A stretch of DNA of 64,000 bases from Synechococcus sp. (GCA_047284725.1 JBJBEO010000001.1:352001-416000), one strand, 5' to 3'; positions 39,502 through 50,275 are shown, counted from the first letter of the stretch. The notes: generated by a model from the sequence alone, not told the origin. Program-made: numbers and translations.

Positions 39502-40947
39502 CTACCGAATGCTCTTCATTAGTTGTTCTGCCATCGTGCATGGCTGAGAGCGTCGCCCTCCAGTCAACTGTTGGCAGCGTTTCAGATCAAGCTTTGACTT
39601 GTTTTTTTGTCCTTGTAAGGCGTACGCCAGGCTTCTTAGGGCATACAGATGATGTTGAAAGCCATGGAAGGCCATTGCATGTTCTGCTGCATTCATGTCT
39701 TGTTGCTCAAGTTGGTAGCGTTTGGCGGCTTCTGCAGCAACGATTTTCTTTGACCGAACACAAAAAGAGTATTCCTGCGTCTCTTCGATTCTCGACTGAT
39801 CATCTGATGACAGGCCCATGCCATACGGTGACGGATAGAAAGATCTCATTTGCCGCTTGTGCTCAATCTGCTCCCGGCATTGCGGTTCATGACTCAACAC
39901 ATCTCTGAAGGGTTCCATCACTTCTTTCTCATAGGCTTCTCTCTTTTGAGCCATCAGCTGTCTGTGCTCAGTCACGCCACGATCAATCGCGTTCGTCAGG
40001 CTGAGGATGGATCGGTCGATCTGTCCTGTTGACAGTTGGTAAGCGCCCTGAAGGGCCAGGCCCACAGAGCTTTCAGACGTGGTGACGTAGGCAGGGCTTG
40101 ATCTGGCGTTGATCCAAACACTGACTGGAACTGCAAGCCCATAGCCAGTCCTGATCGAATCTGGGCTGCCGAGTCTTGAGATGGTATCGACCTGGCCATG
40201 GATTCCTACGACATAACCATTCCGATTCAACACGGGCCCTCCACTCATGCCGGTTTCGGTGCGGTTGTCTTGGTCATAGTGGTACATAATTGCGTATCCA
40301 CGCGACCTGTTGACTGCTGAGTAACTCTGCATAATTGCATTCGCTTTGACTCCTCTAGGCCTCTGAGAGGCTTCTGGGTAGCCAATGATATAAACATCTT
40401 CCTGAAAAGATGTCACTTTTCTCTTTGCCAAGTAAGCCTCGCTGAGGCTTCTTGCTAAAGGCAATGATGGCAGGCACTGATTGTTGTGGTTGATGATGAT
40501 CAGTTCGGCCAGGTCATTGCCTTGAAAGACGGTGATCGATTTCACGGCGTGTCGAACGCCATGAGCGGTTTCGACCCAGAGCTCGCTCGGTCTGTTCCCT
40601 TCAATGACGTGGGCCGCGGTGAGCACGGTGCTGAATGCTCCGCTGGAGGCAATCACTGTTCCTGAGCCAGACGTGCCTTGGGTTTGGATTTTGACAATGG
40701 ACTGGCTTAACTCAGTCGGTAGGACGTCACCTTGGGGAATGCCTGAATAGACAGGCTGTATTTGTGCGAAGTCTTTCAGCAGGGTGACCCCGTTCAGTGT
40801 TTGGGTCGTGTGGCTGATGAGGCGGTTGCTGTTCGGCCATGGGGTGCATCGACGCGCAGTCCTGTCCGCTGCAACGGCATGGGGAGCTTGCAGGAAGCAA
40901 GCCATGATGGCCTGAAACGCCAGGAACCTGATCAAGAACGCGTTCAT
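39502..40947 (-). CDS. Secreted trypsin-like serine protease with helical TPR-like C-terminus
   Basis: LTAAHV, DLA and GMSGGPV catalytic triad motifs; signal peptide. Confidence 0.85.
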   Translation of the reverse strand: MNAFLIRFLAFQAIMACFLQAPHAVAADRTARRCTPWPNSNRLISHTTQTLNGVTLLKDFAQIQPVYSGIPQGDVLPTELSQSIVKIQTQGTSGSGTVIASSGAFSTVLTAAHVIEGNRPSELWVETAHGVRHAVKSITVFQGNDLAELIIINHNNQCLPSLPLARSLSEAYLAKRKVTSFQEDVYIIGYPEASQRPRGVKANAIMQSYSAVNRSRGYAIMYHYDQDNRTETGMSGGPVLNRNGYVVGIHGQVDTISRLGSPDSIRTGYGLAVPVSVWINARSSPAYVTTSESSVGLALQGAYQLSTGQIDRSILSLTNAIDRGVTEHRQLMAQKREAYEKEVMEPFRDVLSHEPQCREQIEHKRQMRSFYPSPYGMGLSSDDQSRIEETQEYSFCVRSKKIVAAEAAKRYQLEQQDMNAAEHAMAFHGFQHHLYALRSLAYALQGQKNKSKLDLKRCQQLTGGRRSQPCTMAEQLMKSIR

Positions 40948-41002
40948 CGTCGCGAGTGTCTTCTTCCTCTGCAGGTTCTTCTCACGCCTTCGTCAGGTTG
41001 AT

Positions 41003-41155
41003 TCATTTTGAGGGGCGTTCCGCTCGCTTCAGCTTCAGCCACATCGCCTTCTCAAGCGCCGTCAGCTTTGGGGCCTTTTCGCTGAGCAGTGCACTGGCGC
41101 GTGCCTTGGCGTCGGCGATGTACCGAGTGGTTCGGTCGAGTTGATCAAATGACAT
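41003..41155 (-). CDS. Small basic hypothetical protein
   Basis: MSFDQLDRTTRYIADAKARA...; 50 aa. Confidence 0.5.
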   Translation of the reverse strand: MSFDQLDRTTRYIADAKARASALLSEKAPKLTALEKAMWLKLKRAERPSK

Positions 41156-41312
41156 CTTCAATGATCGGCAACCTACATGGAGTGGTAGCAACAAATCCAG
41201 GGTTTGGCTGTCATGTCCGCGTGCCCAGTGCTGCTGTGATTGGCTGTCAATAAACCTTTTTCGTCAATAAATCATGAACGACTCCACGGCTTCATCAGCG
41301 AGTGCCCTTGGC

Positions 41313-41498
41313 TTAATAGTGCTTCGCCTTGTTGTCGAGTGCATCGCTCTTGAAGCACTCGAGCTCTTCTGGCGTGTTCAGGCCTGTCTGATGTTGTCGG
41401 TGGTCGTTCTTGAACGATCTGATGGGGACGCGATTGACCACTGTCTTGGCTTGAAAGCGTGTCAAGACACGACGGAATGCTTGTCGGAGTGTCTTCAT
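41313..41498 (-). CDS. Small hypothetical protein
   Basis: 61-aa ORF with ATG start. Confidence 0.4.
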   Translation of the reverse strand: MKTLRQAFRRVLTRFQAKTVVNRVPIRSFKNDHRQHQTGLNTPEELECFKSDALDNKAKHY

Positions 41499-41795
41499 GG
41501 CTCAAGTGATGTCTTGATTTCACGAGTGTGGCAGGAAAACGTCAATGCTGCTCACTACGTGCCCCTGGTCCACTGCATGATCTAGGGACGATGTGTTGAC
41601 CACTCGGGTCAATGGGGTCAGGGAATATCAACAAATCTGTAGGGTCATTGGTATCAGTTGCACTCATCGAATCGAGTCAGTTGTGCTCATCGATGTGATC
41701 AGCGCCGTTGCGATGATTGATCTTCTTCACGCCTGTCGTGCTTGCCTCAAAGAGACACCGGTTACTCAGATCGTTGTTAACATCAATGTTCCTGA

Positions 41796-42773
41796 TCAGC
41801 CCTCAGGCTCTGAATGGGTTTGAACCGAAGAGCGTTTTGCCGACAGAACTCCTGCCATTAAGGCAATGATTCCCATCAATGTTGTGCCTTGAATTTGTTC
41901 ATTCAGGAGCAGTACCGCGCTTGTCACAGAGACGGCAATGGTCAGGCTGCCCCAGAGTGAAACAGTCGCGACGCTGGAGTCTCGGTAGGCAAGCTGCAAG
42001 GCCAATTCGCTCCCCAGCGAGAGCGTCAGGGCGTAGAGCCCAAGGACACCCAGGACCCACCAGAGCTGGAGAGGCATGAAGTGGCTTGGTCCATAGAACC
42101 TCAAGGTGAGCACGGCAAACACCACGGCACTCACCATTGAGCCCAGGCCAATGCTGATCGCTGCCGGCCAGTGGTGTTTGGCAACCCTCCTTCCCGTCAC
42201 CCCAGCGCCACTGAACGCGATCACACCGACGAATGCCCAGACCACGCCTGCCCGATGCTCTGAAGGCATTCCCGAAGCAGTCACTGACAGTTGGCTGAGA
42301 TAGAGGCCGCTGCTAATCAGCACCACACTCAAGCCAAATCCCCGCGGTAACGGTTCGTTTAGACACCACCTGGCCATGAGGGCCGAAACAGGGAGCACCA
42401 AGGCGAACAGAAGTGTCTGGCTGATCACGCTGAGCGACTCAAGGGCGAAGAAATAGGCCGTCGGCCCGAGGCACCGTCCCAGCAAGGCATCGCCCGCCAG
42501 GAGCATGTAGTTGCCTGCGCTCAAGGCCTTCAGTTGCCTGAGCAGCGTCTGACGTCCCTCAGCCAGGAAGGTGAGGCCTGCAGCCAGCTGAACCAGGAAT
42601 AAGACGTTGCAGAAGCTCACGGGGTTGATGCCACCAATCAGGTGGTTGCTGCCATGACGTTGCAAAGCTTTGAGCACGGTGTTGTCGAGGCCACGCAGCA
42701 CGATGAACATCGTGAGAGGAGTGGCGATCCTCTTGATCCACCCAAGGCGCATCAGGTTGTGCTCGCTGTTCAC
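41796..42773 (-). CDS. DMT/EamA-family transporter
   Basis: About 10 TM helices in two repeats, each ending LNE. Confidence 0.85.
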   Translation of the reverse strand: MNSEHNLMRLGWIKRIATPLTMFIVLRGLDNTVLKALQRHGSNHLIGGINPVSFCNVLFLVQLAAGLTFLAEGRQTLLRQLKALSAGNYMLLAGDALLGRCLGPTAYFFALESLSVISQTLLFALVLPVSALMARWCLNEPLPRGFGLSVVLISSGLYLSQLSVTASGMPSEHRAGVVWAFVGVIAFSGAGVTGRRVAKHHWPAAISIGLGSMVSAVVFAVLTLRFYGPSHFMPLQLWWVLGVLGLYALTLSLGSELALQLAYRDSSVATVSLWGSLTIAVSVTSAVLLLNEQIQGTTLMGIIALMAGVLSAKRSSVQTHSEPEG

Positions 42774-42807
42774 CGATGCCTAGGTTCTTTTCTGAGTCTG
42801 ACGAGCT

Positions 42808-43296
42808 ATGCGCATGAAGCCAACAGGTCTCTCCTCCCCGCGCATGCTGGGGATCCTGGGTCTCCTTGTTGCCGGAGCCGCGGCTGTTTACGTCGTCAGG
42901 CCAGTCACCCCGTCTCCGGCTCTGCAACACCAGGCGGTGGCCAGCGCGTCCATCCAGGCCAGTTTTCGTCCGGCCGAAACACCGGTGCGCGGAAGTGTCA
43001 CCATCAGACAGGAAGGCTCAAGGTCAATCCTTGAATTGAGCAGTGATTTCAAAACCAATGATCGCGCTCCTGACCTGAAGATTGCTTTCAGCCCGTCAAG
43101 CACCCCGTTGGCGAAGAGTCAACCTCCGGCGTATCCGCTCGCTCAGGGCACCTATACCGTTCTCGCTCCGCTCAAGGCATCCTCCGGAGCCCAGACTTAT
43201 GTCGTACCTGCTGCGTTCGAGCTCAGTCGCCAGAAATCCATCCTGATCTGGTGTGAAGCATTCAATGCAACCATGGCATGGGCTCCTTTGCAGTGA
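42808..43296 (+). CDS. DM13-domain protein
   Basis: APDL, GAQTY and IWCEAFN motifs. Confidence 0.88.
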   Translation: MRMKPTGLSSPRMLGILGLLVAGAAAVYVVRPVTPSPALQHQAVASASIQASFRPAETPVRGSVTIRQEGSRSILELSSDFKTNDRAPDLKIAFSPSSTPLAKSQPPAYPLAQGTYTVLAPLKASSGAQTYVVPAAFELSRQKSILIWCEAFNATMAWAPLQ

Positions 43297-43414
43297 TATC
43301 GCGTCCGAGTCTTTGTGCCCGAGATGATTGACAGGTTGTTGATCATCGAGTCTGTGCTGTCTGCAACGAATGCGCTCCCTGGATTTTATGGAGTTTGATG
43401 ATCAATCTTGCTTT

Positions 43415-43708
43415 TCAGCGCAGGTTGGCCATCTTGTCAACGCTTGATCCCACGGTTTCAACCTCAAAGAACTCCTCCCCTCCTTCGTGTATGACAGGCC
43501 TGAGTCTGAACAGATAAGCGTTGACCCAAGCAGTTTCTTTGTTGTTGACTTCGTGGCCTCGATCGACAAAGCCTGGCTTCTGTTGAAATAAGTAGAGCAG
43601 GATGTCGATCACATTGAGAGGAGACAGATTGTCAGGGTCGACGAAGGGAAGTGCTTCCCTCACTTCTAGGAACGAGATGGTGGCCGAGTAATCGAAATCG
43701 TCTGGCAT
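43415..43708 (-). CDS. Hypothetical protein
   Basis: Clean 97-aa ORF. Confidence 0.7.
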   Translation of the reverse strand: MPDDFDYSATISFLEVREALPFVDPDNLSPLNVIDILLYLFQQKPGFVDRGHEVNNKETAWVNAYLFRLRPVIHEGGEEFFEVETVGSSVDKMANLR

Positions 43709-43851
43709 GCTGCGGTTGCATCACGTGTTGAGCTTCGCAAACAGGCGCTGGCGAGATCGCATCGGTCTGTTGGAAAGCGATTCGTGACGAGATGCTTGTC
43801 AGCCCGAGGCGCGTTTCTACGTTGAAGTCCGCCCCTCTGGCTCGGACAAGC

Positions 43852-44196
43852 ATGACGACCGCTGATCAGCGTCGGCCTGTGAAAAGCAAGACACTTGTAC
43901 GTTTTTTCGGGCGTTGGCTTGTGGCCCTGCCCATGGCGTTGGCACCGGCCTGGCTGATGGCGGAGTTGATGCGTTTTCCGGCTGGCCGTGTGTGCGCAGA
44001 TCTGTCCGTTCCACTGCAGCAGAACCTTCCCGTCAACAAGGCGCAGGCGTTGCAGCAGACCTGCCGTTCGGCGGCGGCGAACAGTGTGAACTTCTGGTTG
44101 TTGTGGTGCATCTGGCTTCTGCTGATCCGAGTCAGTTATCGCTACTGGCCCTTGCTGGTGCAGATGGTGAGTGAGGGGGAGAAGCACGACTTCTGA
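43852..44196 (+). CDS. Hypothetical two-TM membrane protein
   Basis: Two hydrophobic helices flanking a Cys pair. Confidence 0.6.
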   Translation: MTTADQRRPVKSKTLVRFFGRWLVALPMALAPAWLMAELMRFPAGRVCADLSVPLQQNLPVNKAQALQQTCRSAAANSVNFWLLWCIWLLLIRVSYRYWPLLVQMVSEGEKHDF

Positions 44197-44408
44197 GTTC
44201 GTCGGTGGAACGCACGCTCACCCTCCTCCCATGACGAACGTCCTGCCATTGGAGAGGAACGAATGCATCGTTCTGGCCCAGGATGTGTTCCTGGACACAG
44301 TTTTCGCGTTTTGACATCGGCGCTTGTTGCAACTGGTGCCGATTGCTCCTTTCCGTTGTGTCTTGCTTCGATCCCAGGCCTTTGATGGCTGAAGGATGAT
44401 GAGTTTCG

Positions 44409-44606
44409 ATGGCCTACGAACCAGGGACCACTGAGTGCCGTGTCCTGATCAACAGCAAGGAGGCGATTGAAACGATGCTGCTCAATCTCGATCGTCTGGA
44501 AGGAACCCAAGCGATCAAGGAGCAGCTGCGACTGGTCCATCAGCAGCTGGAGGTGCTGCACGATCGCCGCCGCCACCAGATCGATGCTCAGCGCACCGGC
44601 GGATGA
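44409..44606 (+). CDS. Small hypothetical protein
   Basis: MAYEPGTTECRVLI...LEVLHD helical hairpin; 3' end overlaps the DUF1651 gene. Confidence 0.7.
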   Translation: MAYEPGTTECRVLINSKEAIETMLLNLDRLEGTQAIKEQLRLVHQQLEVLHDRRRHQIDAQRTGG

Positions 44607-44860
44607 CAGCGCTGCCATCCACCCTTGAGCATCCGATTCCAGGTGTCGATAGCGTTGTGCCGCAGCATGCGCCTCTGGCTTCTGGGCTGGGGTAGATGGG
44701 GTGGGGCCCAGTGAAACGTTCGTAGGGCAACCCAGCGCGTGTGAATGGTTGGAGTATCAGGTTTGAACTGAACCAGCAGCTGTTGATGCTCGTGCACGAG
44801 CCAGCCTTCTCCCCCATGGAGTTCAGGCTGGCAGCTGGGGTCGGGTCGAAGCCGTGGCAT
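44588..44860 (-). CDS. DUF1651-family protein (intact)
   Basis: GEGWL...RRMLRHNAIDTWNRMLKGGWQRC. Confidence 0.8.
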   Translation of the reverse strand: MPRLRPDPSCQPELHGGEGWLVHEHQQLLVQFKPDTPTIHTRWVALRTFHWAPPHLPQPRSQRRMLRHNAIDTWNRMLKGGWQRCHPPVR

Positions 44861-45248
44861 CAGCGCATTCTGGCGCCTGGTGCGGATGTTGGCAGTGTCT
44901 CGTTTCCGTAGTTTTCGGTACAGCACCTGCAGAACGGTGCTGATGAAATAGAGGGAATTGAACAGTGCAAGCCAGTGGAACTTTTCGTTCTAGCCGCAAT
45001 TGCGATCCCTTTGTCCACGTTGGTGATGCAGTCGTTGTCGTCTGAGTCAGACGATGAGTTCGATCTACTTTGAGGCAATCAGTCTCGATCCTCGTGTTGA
45101 TTTGAATCGGTTTGTTCGCCGGCCTGATGCCGATTCCGGTCAGGATTGGTCGATTGCACTGCTTGCCTTGTTCTGGCTGCCCTCCGTGATGGCCTGCTTT
45201 TTGAATGCAAATTCAATTCTTAGGTTGCGCAGCCTAATCTGAATTTAT

Positions 45249-45470
45249 TCATTGTTTGGTTGATTCGCTCTGACGTTTTGCGCTTTTGAAAGCAGCGATC
45301 TTGGCATCTGCCCAACGTGCAAAAAAGTACACGCCAATGAACAGTGGCAGGTAAGCGACCCACATATTGTCGGGGGCGATGTCGCTGTTGTTGATCACGG
45401 CCAGACCGGCATAGCCCACCACGAAATAGATACCTGCTCGTCGGAAGGCTCCGACCTGCTTTGGATTCAT
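45249..45470 (-). CDS. Small two-TM hypothetical protein
   Basis: Two TM segments; GGAG upstream. Confidence 0.6.
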   Translation of the reverse strand: MNPKQVGAFRRAGIYFVVGYAGLAVINNSDIAPDNMWVAYLPLFIGVYFFARWADAKIAAFKSAKRQSESTKQ

Positions 45471-45506
45471 CGTCTTTGTCTCCGTGGGCCCAGGCTAAGG
45501 AGGGAT

Positions 45507-46445
45507 TCACTCGCTGGTCGGGCAGCTGCTGAAACTCTCCGATGTCTGGATCAAGTCCCAGGCCTCGGTGGCGGAATCGGCGAACTGAACCAGGTCCAGA
45601 TTCTCGTCGGCAATCAGGCCGGAATCGGCAAGTGCTTGAAAATTGATCACGTTGTTCCAGTAATCCCGTCCGAACAGCACGATGGGGATCGGCCCCTTGA
45701 TGCCTGTTTGGCAGAGGGTCAGCACCTCAAAAAGTTCATCCAGGGTGCCGAACCCGCCGGGGAAAAACACGGCACCTACGGCACGCATCACGAAGTGAAA
45801 TTTGCGTAGAGCGAAGTAGTTGAAGCGGAAGCAGAGCTCAGGAGTGACAAAGGGATTGGGGCTTTGTTCATGGGGAAGGCTGATGTTGAAGCCGATCGAT
45901 TTGAAGCCGGCATCAAATGCCCCGCGGTTCGCGGCCTCCATGATCCCCGGGCCGCCTCCGGTGGCAATCACATGGCGGCACCCCTCGCCGACCTTCTGCC
46001 CGCAGGAGGCGAGGTGCGCAAACTCCCGGGCGGCTTCGTAGAAGGGTGCCAGCTTCACCAGTTGTTTGCAGCGTTGCACCTGCCGCTGCATTGTTCTGTT
46101 GGCGGGTTCCTGGTCCAGGCGCTGGAGGGCCATCGCCAGCTGCCGCTCTGCTGCCACTTTCTCCACCAGACAGGCGCCTCCGAACACCAGGATCGTGGAG
46201 GTGATCGCTTGCTCTTCCAGCACCATTTCAGGTTTGCTGATCTCCAGCAGCATGCGCACGCCCCGCATGTCATTGCTTTTCAGCAGTTCCTGATCTTCGT
46301 GGGCGAGTCGATAGCTGTTGGATTGCAGGAGGGCGTTGAGATTGTTGGCGACTAAGGCCACGTCTTCGCTTTGGCGGCCGGCTTCGCAGGCGTTGGAGAC
46401 GGACTCCAGGGGGTCTTGGCTCGCAGGGACGTGTGGATCGGTCAT
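45507..46445 (-). CDS. LOG family (TIGR00730) nucleotide-binding protein
   Basis: TGGGPGIMEAANRGA and PGGFGTLDE. Confidence 0.92.
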   Translation of the reverse strand: MTDPHVPASQDPLESVSNACEAGRQSEDVALVANNLNALLQSNSYRLAHEDQELLKSNDMRGVRMLLEISKPEMVLEEQAITSTILVFGGACLVEKVAAERQLAMALQRLDQEPANRTMQRQVQRCKQLVKLAPFYEAAREFAHLASCGQKVGEGCRHVIATGGGPGIMEAANRGAFDAGFKSIGFNISLPHEQSPNPFVTPELCFRFNYFALRKFHFVMRAVGAVFFPGGFGTLDELFEVLTLCQTGIKGPIPIVLFGRDYWNNVINFQALADSGLIADENLDLVQFADSATEAWDLIQTSESFSSCPTSE

Positions 46446-46460
46446 GGTGGCCTCCTGGGG

Positions 46461-47849
46461 TTACAGCACATTCGCGGCGAGTTCCGCCAGGGCGCTGCGT
46501 TCGCCGCGCATCAAGGTGACATGCCCAACCAGGGGCTGCCCCTTCAGCCGTTCCACCATCCAGGTGAGGCCATTGCTTTCGGCGTCCACATAGGGATTGT
46601 CGATCTGATAGGGATCACCTGTGAACACGATCTTCGTGCCTTCTCCCACACGGGTGACGATCGTCTTCACCTCCAGAGGTGTGAGGTTCTGGGCTTCATC
46701 CACCACCATGAACTGGCTGGGGATGGAGCGGCCCCGAATCGTGTTGATCGCCTCAACCTCCAGGAGTCCCATCCCCTGCAGGTCCATCCAGGAGTTGCGG
46801 GGCTCGTGCTGATGGCCTTTGGATTTACTGCTGGCGTCTTGGCCCGGAGAGGTGCCAGTGATGAAATCGATGTTGTCGATGATCGGCTTCATCCAAGGAC
46901 CGAGTTTTTCTTCAAGTGTTCCAGGCAGATAGCCGAGGTCCTTGCCCAGAGAGATGGGTGGCCGCGTCACCAGCAATCGCGCGTAGTCATGCGTATCCGC
47001 CACTTGATGCAGTCCCGCGGCCAGGGCCAGCAGGGTTTTGCCCGTGCCTGCTTTGCCCACCAGGGTCACCAGGGCCACGTCCGGGTCCAGCAGCAGATCA
47101 AGTGCGAAGCTCTGCTCCCGGTTGCGTGACTTGATCCGTCCAAGACGCGCACGTTCCAGCCAGCTGAGTGGTCGGATCTTGCCACTGTCTCCGTGGTGTC
47201 TGGCCAGCAGCGTGTGGTTGTGGTTCTGGTCATCCACCAGCATCACGCCCTCATTGGGCAGCAGTGGCTGCGTCTCGAGCTCGTCAATGCTGGCGGTGGG
47301 AAGGTGGTTGTCCTGTTGGAGCTCCTGCATCAACGCCCCGGTCGTGATCACTTCCCTCACACCGGGATAGAGATCGGCGATGGCGACCTTGTCGTTGATG
47401 TAGTCCTCGGCTTCAAGGCCCACGGCATCGGCTTTGATGCGCAGATTGATGTCCTTGCTCACCAACAAAACGTCCGGGGCTTCCTGCAGGCCACCGCAGC
47501 GCAGCTGTTCGAGCGCCACCGCCAGGATGTTGTTGTCGCCACCGCCTCTCTGCAGTTCAGGCGGGAGCTGTTTGAGGGTTTCGGCCCTGCAGAAGGCCAC
47601 CTGCAGGACTCCAGACGTGCTGCCCTCAATCGGCACGCCATCAGCAAGGCTTCCCTTCTCCCGATGGGCATCCAGCAGCCGTGAGATCCGGCGGGCATTG
47701 CGGCCTTTTTCGGAGGAGTCGCGTTTGAACCGATCGACTTCCTCCACCACCTGCATCGGCAGCACAACCCTGCGGTCCCCGAAGCGAGTGGGGGCGTCGG
47801 GGTCATGCAGCAACACATTCGTGTCGAGAACAACGACCTTGCCTGCCAT
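46461..47849 (-). CDS. PIN-PhoH family protein
   Basis: VLDTNVL PIN start, GKAGTGKT, IRGRS, DEAQN and GDPYQID. Confidence 0.93.
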   Translation of the reverse strand: MAGKVVVLDTNVLLHDPDAPTRFGDRRVVLPMQVVEEVDRFKRDSSEKGRNARRISRLLDAHREKGSLADGVPIEGSTSGVLQVAFCRAETLKQLPPELQRGGGDNNILAVALEQLRCGGLQEAPDVLLVSKDINLRIKADAVGLEAEDYINDKVAIADLYPGVREVITTGALMQELQQDNHLPTASIDELETQPLLPNEGVMLVDDQNHNHTLLARHHGDSGKIRPLSWLERARLGRIKSRNREQSFALDLLLDPDVALVTLVGKAGTGKTLLALAAGLHQVADTHDYARLLVTRPPISLGKDLGYLPGTLEEKLGPWMKPIIDNIDFITGTSPGQDASSKSKGHQHEPRNSWMDLQGMGLLEVEAINTIRGRSIPSQFMVVDEAQNLTPLEVKTIVTRVGEGTKIVFTGDPYQIDNPYVDAESNGLTWMVERLKGQPLVGHVTLMRGERSALAELAANVL

Positions 47850-47963
47850 GGCCGGTGCCTCTACCGACTATTGGCAACCTAGCCAGCGTGGTCGGTCTGA
47901 ACCGCAGTACAGCGCCTCTGGGTGTGAAACGCAACAGGGCTCGTGCCTAAGCGGGACCTCCCC

Positions 47964-49643
47964 TCAGGTGATCACGTCGAGCCATTGCTGGGCCTGCAGG
48001 AGAGCCTCATGCCGGTCGGCACAGAGTCCGCCGATACCGAACTGTTCCAGCCGTTGCCGCACTCTGCCCTGGGCTCCTGCCACCAGCACGTGGCGGTGAT
48101 GGGCATGGGCCTCCTGCACGATCCGTTCGATCGCCAGGGTTGCGCTCACCCCCAGGTGGGGCACCGCACTGATATCCAGAATCAGCACTCTGTACTGACG
48201 CACCAACGTCATGCGTTCACTGATCCCCTTGGCCGCGCCGAAACTCAGGGGACCCTGCAAACCAAACAGCATCAAGGCGTCACCGCATTGATCCAGCAGC
48301 CGTTGCTCCGCTTCGGGCAGGGTGTTGCGTTCGGTGTGGCCCATGCCGGCCAGTTGATGGGTGGTGATCGATTCGATGGTGAGCAGGTTGGCCACGAACA
48401 TCCCGATCAGGACGGCCCCGATCAGATCCCAGAACACGGTGAGGAGCAGGACCCCCCACATCACCAGGGCGGTTTTGCTGGACAGACGGTGGGCACGACG
48501 GAGGAAGCCCCAGTCGATGATGTCGAGCCCCACCTTGATCAGGATTCCCGCCAGGAGTGAGGTCGGGATGCCCTCCGCCAGAGGCCCAGCTCCCACCAGC
48601 AGCACGAGCAGCACAACGGAATGGGTCATGCCGGCCAGGGGGGTCTTCCCCCCTGACTTGATGTTGATCACGGTGCGCATGGTGGCTCCAGCCCCGGGCA
48701 ATCCCCCCACCAGGCCGGCAGCGGTGTTGGCGATACCCTGCCCCACCAGCTCGCGGTTGGACTGGTGCCGGTTGTGCCCGATGTTGTCGGCCACCAGGGA
48801 GGTGAGCAACGAATCGATCGATCCGAGCAGCGCCAGCATCAGGCCGGCTCGGATCAGCAAGGGCAGATGCTGTCCCCAGTTGGGCAGCACCAATTGCAGG
48901 CCTCCATCGGGGATGCTGCCGATGCGTGGCAGCGCTTCCCATCCCAGGGTCTCCAGGCGCTGATCGTTGAACAGCACAAATGACAAGGGAGTGATCAGGA
49001 GCAGCGCCAGCAGCGGAGAGGGAAGCAGCCTGCTGATGCGTTTGGGTGTCAAAAAGACCACCGCCAAGGTCATCGACCCCACCGTCAGTGCCGCCGGGTT
49101 GGGGTGAAAGGTCTGCATCACCATCGTGAGCGACTGGACCACGCCACCGGAGGAAGCAATCCCCAGCAGCGGCCCCACCTGAATCAGCAGGATGATGATG
49201 CCGATGCCTGACATGAAGCCAGACACCACTGAATAGGGCACCAGGGTGATGTAACGCCCTAGTTTGAGCAGGCCGAACAGGATCTGGAACAGCCCGCCGA
49301 GCACGACCGCAGCCATCACCAGGGGCAGCAGTTCACCGTGGGTGAGTGTGCCAGCGACCCCCACAGCCACCAGGCTGCTCACCACACCCGCCACGGTGAC
49401 GCTCATGGGTCCGGTAGGACCACTCACCTGGGCAGGTGTCCCCCCGAACAGGGCTGCCAGAAAGCCGGACACAATGGCGCCATACAACCCGTAGATCGCA
49501 CCACCGGGTCCCAGGGCTGCGTTGCCGAAAGCCAGGGCGAGAGGCAAGGCAACGACCGCCGCCGTCAGCCCTCCAAGCAGATCGCCGCGCCAATGGCGCA
49601 GATTCCACCCGTAAATCAGGGGCAGCTGACGACCAGCGTCCAT
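47964..49643 (-). CDS. SulP-family anion transporter (BicA-like) with STAS domain
   Basis: GDLLGGLTAAVVALPLALAFG, SGPTG and NRELVGQG. Confidence 0.92.
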   Translation of the reverse strand: MDAGRQLPLIYGWNLRHWRGDLLGGLTAAVVALPLALAFGNAALGPGGAIYGLYGAIVSGFLAALFGGTPAQVSGPTGPMSVTVAGVVSSLVAVGVAGTLTHGELLPLVMAAVVLGGLFQILFGLLKLGRYITLVPYSVVSGFMSGIGIIILLIQVGPLLGIASSGGVVQSLTMVMQTFHPNPAALTVGSMTLAVVFLTPKRISRLLPSPLLALLLITPLSFVLFNDQRLETLGWEALPRIGSIPDGGLQLVLPNWGQHLPLLIRAGLMLALLGSIDSLLTSLVADNIGHNRHQSNRELVGQGIANTAAGLVGGLPGAGATMRTVINIKSGGKTPLAGMTHSVVLLVLLVGAGPLAEGIPTSLLAGILIKVGLDIIDWGFLRRAHRLSSKTALVMWGVLLLTVFWDLIGAVLIGMFVANLLTIESITTHQLAGMGHTERNTLPEAEQRLLDQCGDALMLFGLQGPLSFGAAKGISERMTLVRQYRVLILDISAVPHLGVSATLAIERIVQEAHAHHRHVLVAGAQGRVRQRLEQFGIGGLCADRHEALLQAQQWLDVIT

Positions 49644-49726
49644 GCACGAGTGCCGACTGTTGTCATTCTTCTGTGCTCCTGGCGCTTTGCCAGGCCACCG
49701 TCACTGCCTGGACACAGCTTTCTGGC

Positions 49727-50119
49727 TTAAGGCGTGTTGAGCCAATCGTCGAGTGCCTGCAGAGATTGCACCCCCACGCGCCGCTCTCCGGAGGGATGGA
49801 TCCAGGTGGGATAGGCCCTGATGTCTGCGGCTCGGCACGCCTCGGCCTGTAGCGGAAGCTCTTCCGGTTTGGTGCATTCCACGTAGGGCAGACGGTCGCT
49901 GGCCGCTTCCCCGAACAGACGGCCCTGGTACTGACAGGCGCCACAACGCCAAGAGCCGTAGTACTTCAGGCCTGCCTGCTTGAGCTGATCCGCCAACAGC
50001 ACCTGCGTCGGTGTCGACGTCGGCAGGGATTGATCCGCCCCCCCCGGGCTGGCGGCCAGTGCGGAGGGCATGGCCAGCGTCAGAGCTGCGGTGATGGAAG
50101 CCGTTTTCAGGAAACCCAT
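49727..50119 (-). CDS. Exported thioredoxin-like protein
   Basis: WRCGAC, YVEC and YPTW. Confidence 0.8.
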   Translation of the reverse strand: MGFLKTASITAALTLAMPSALAASPGGADQSLPTSTPTQVLLADQLKQAGLKYYGSWRCGACQYQGRLFGEAASDRLPYVECTKPEELPLQAEACRAADIRAYPTWIHPSGERRVGVQSLQALDDWLNTP

Positions 50120-50275
50120 GCGTGCGTGATCTGTTCTGGGCTGACCTTAGGCAGGTCAGCCTCCACCTCAGCTGCTCGATCGCAACGTTCGGGCTTCCCT
50201 CCCTTGCGCCGGTTCCATCCTTGACAAGAAGCTGGACTTCAGAAGTAACGCAGGCCTCACGGCCAGGGGAATGCC

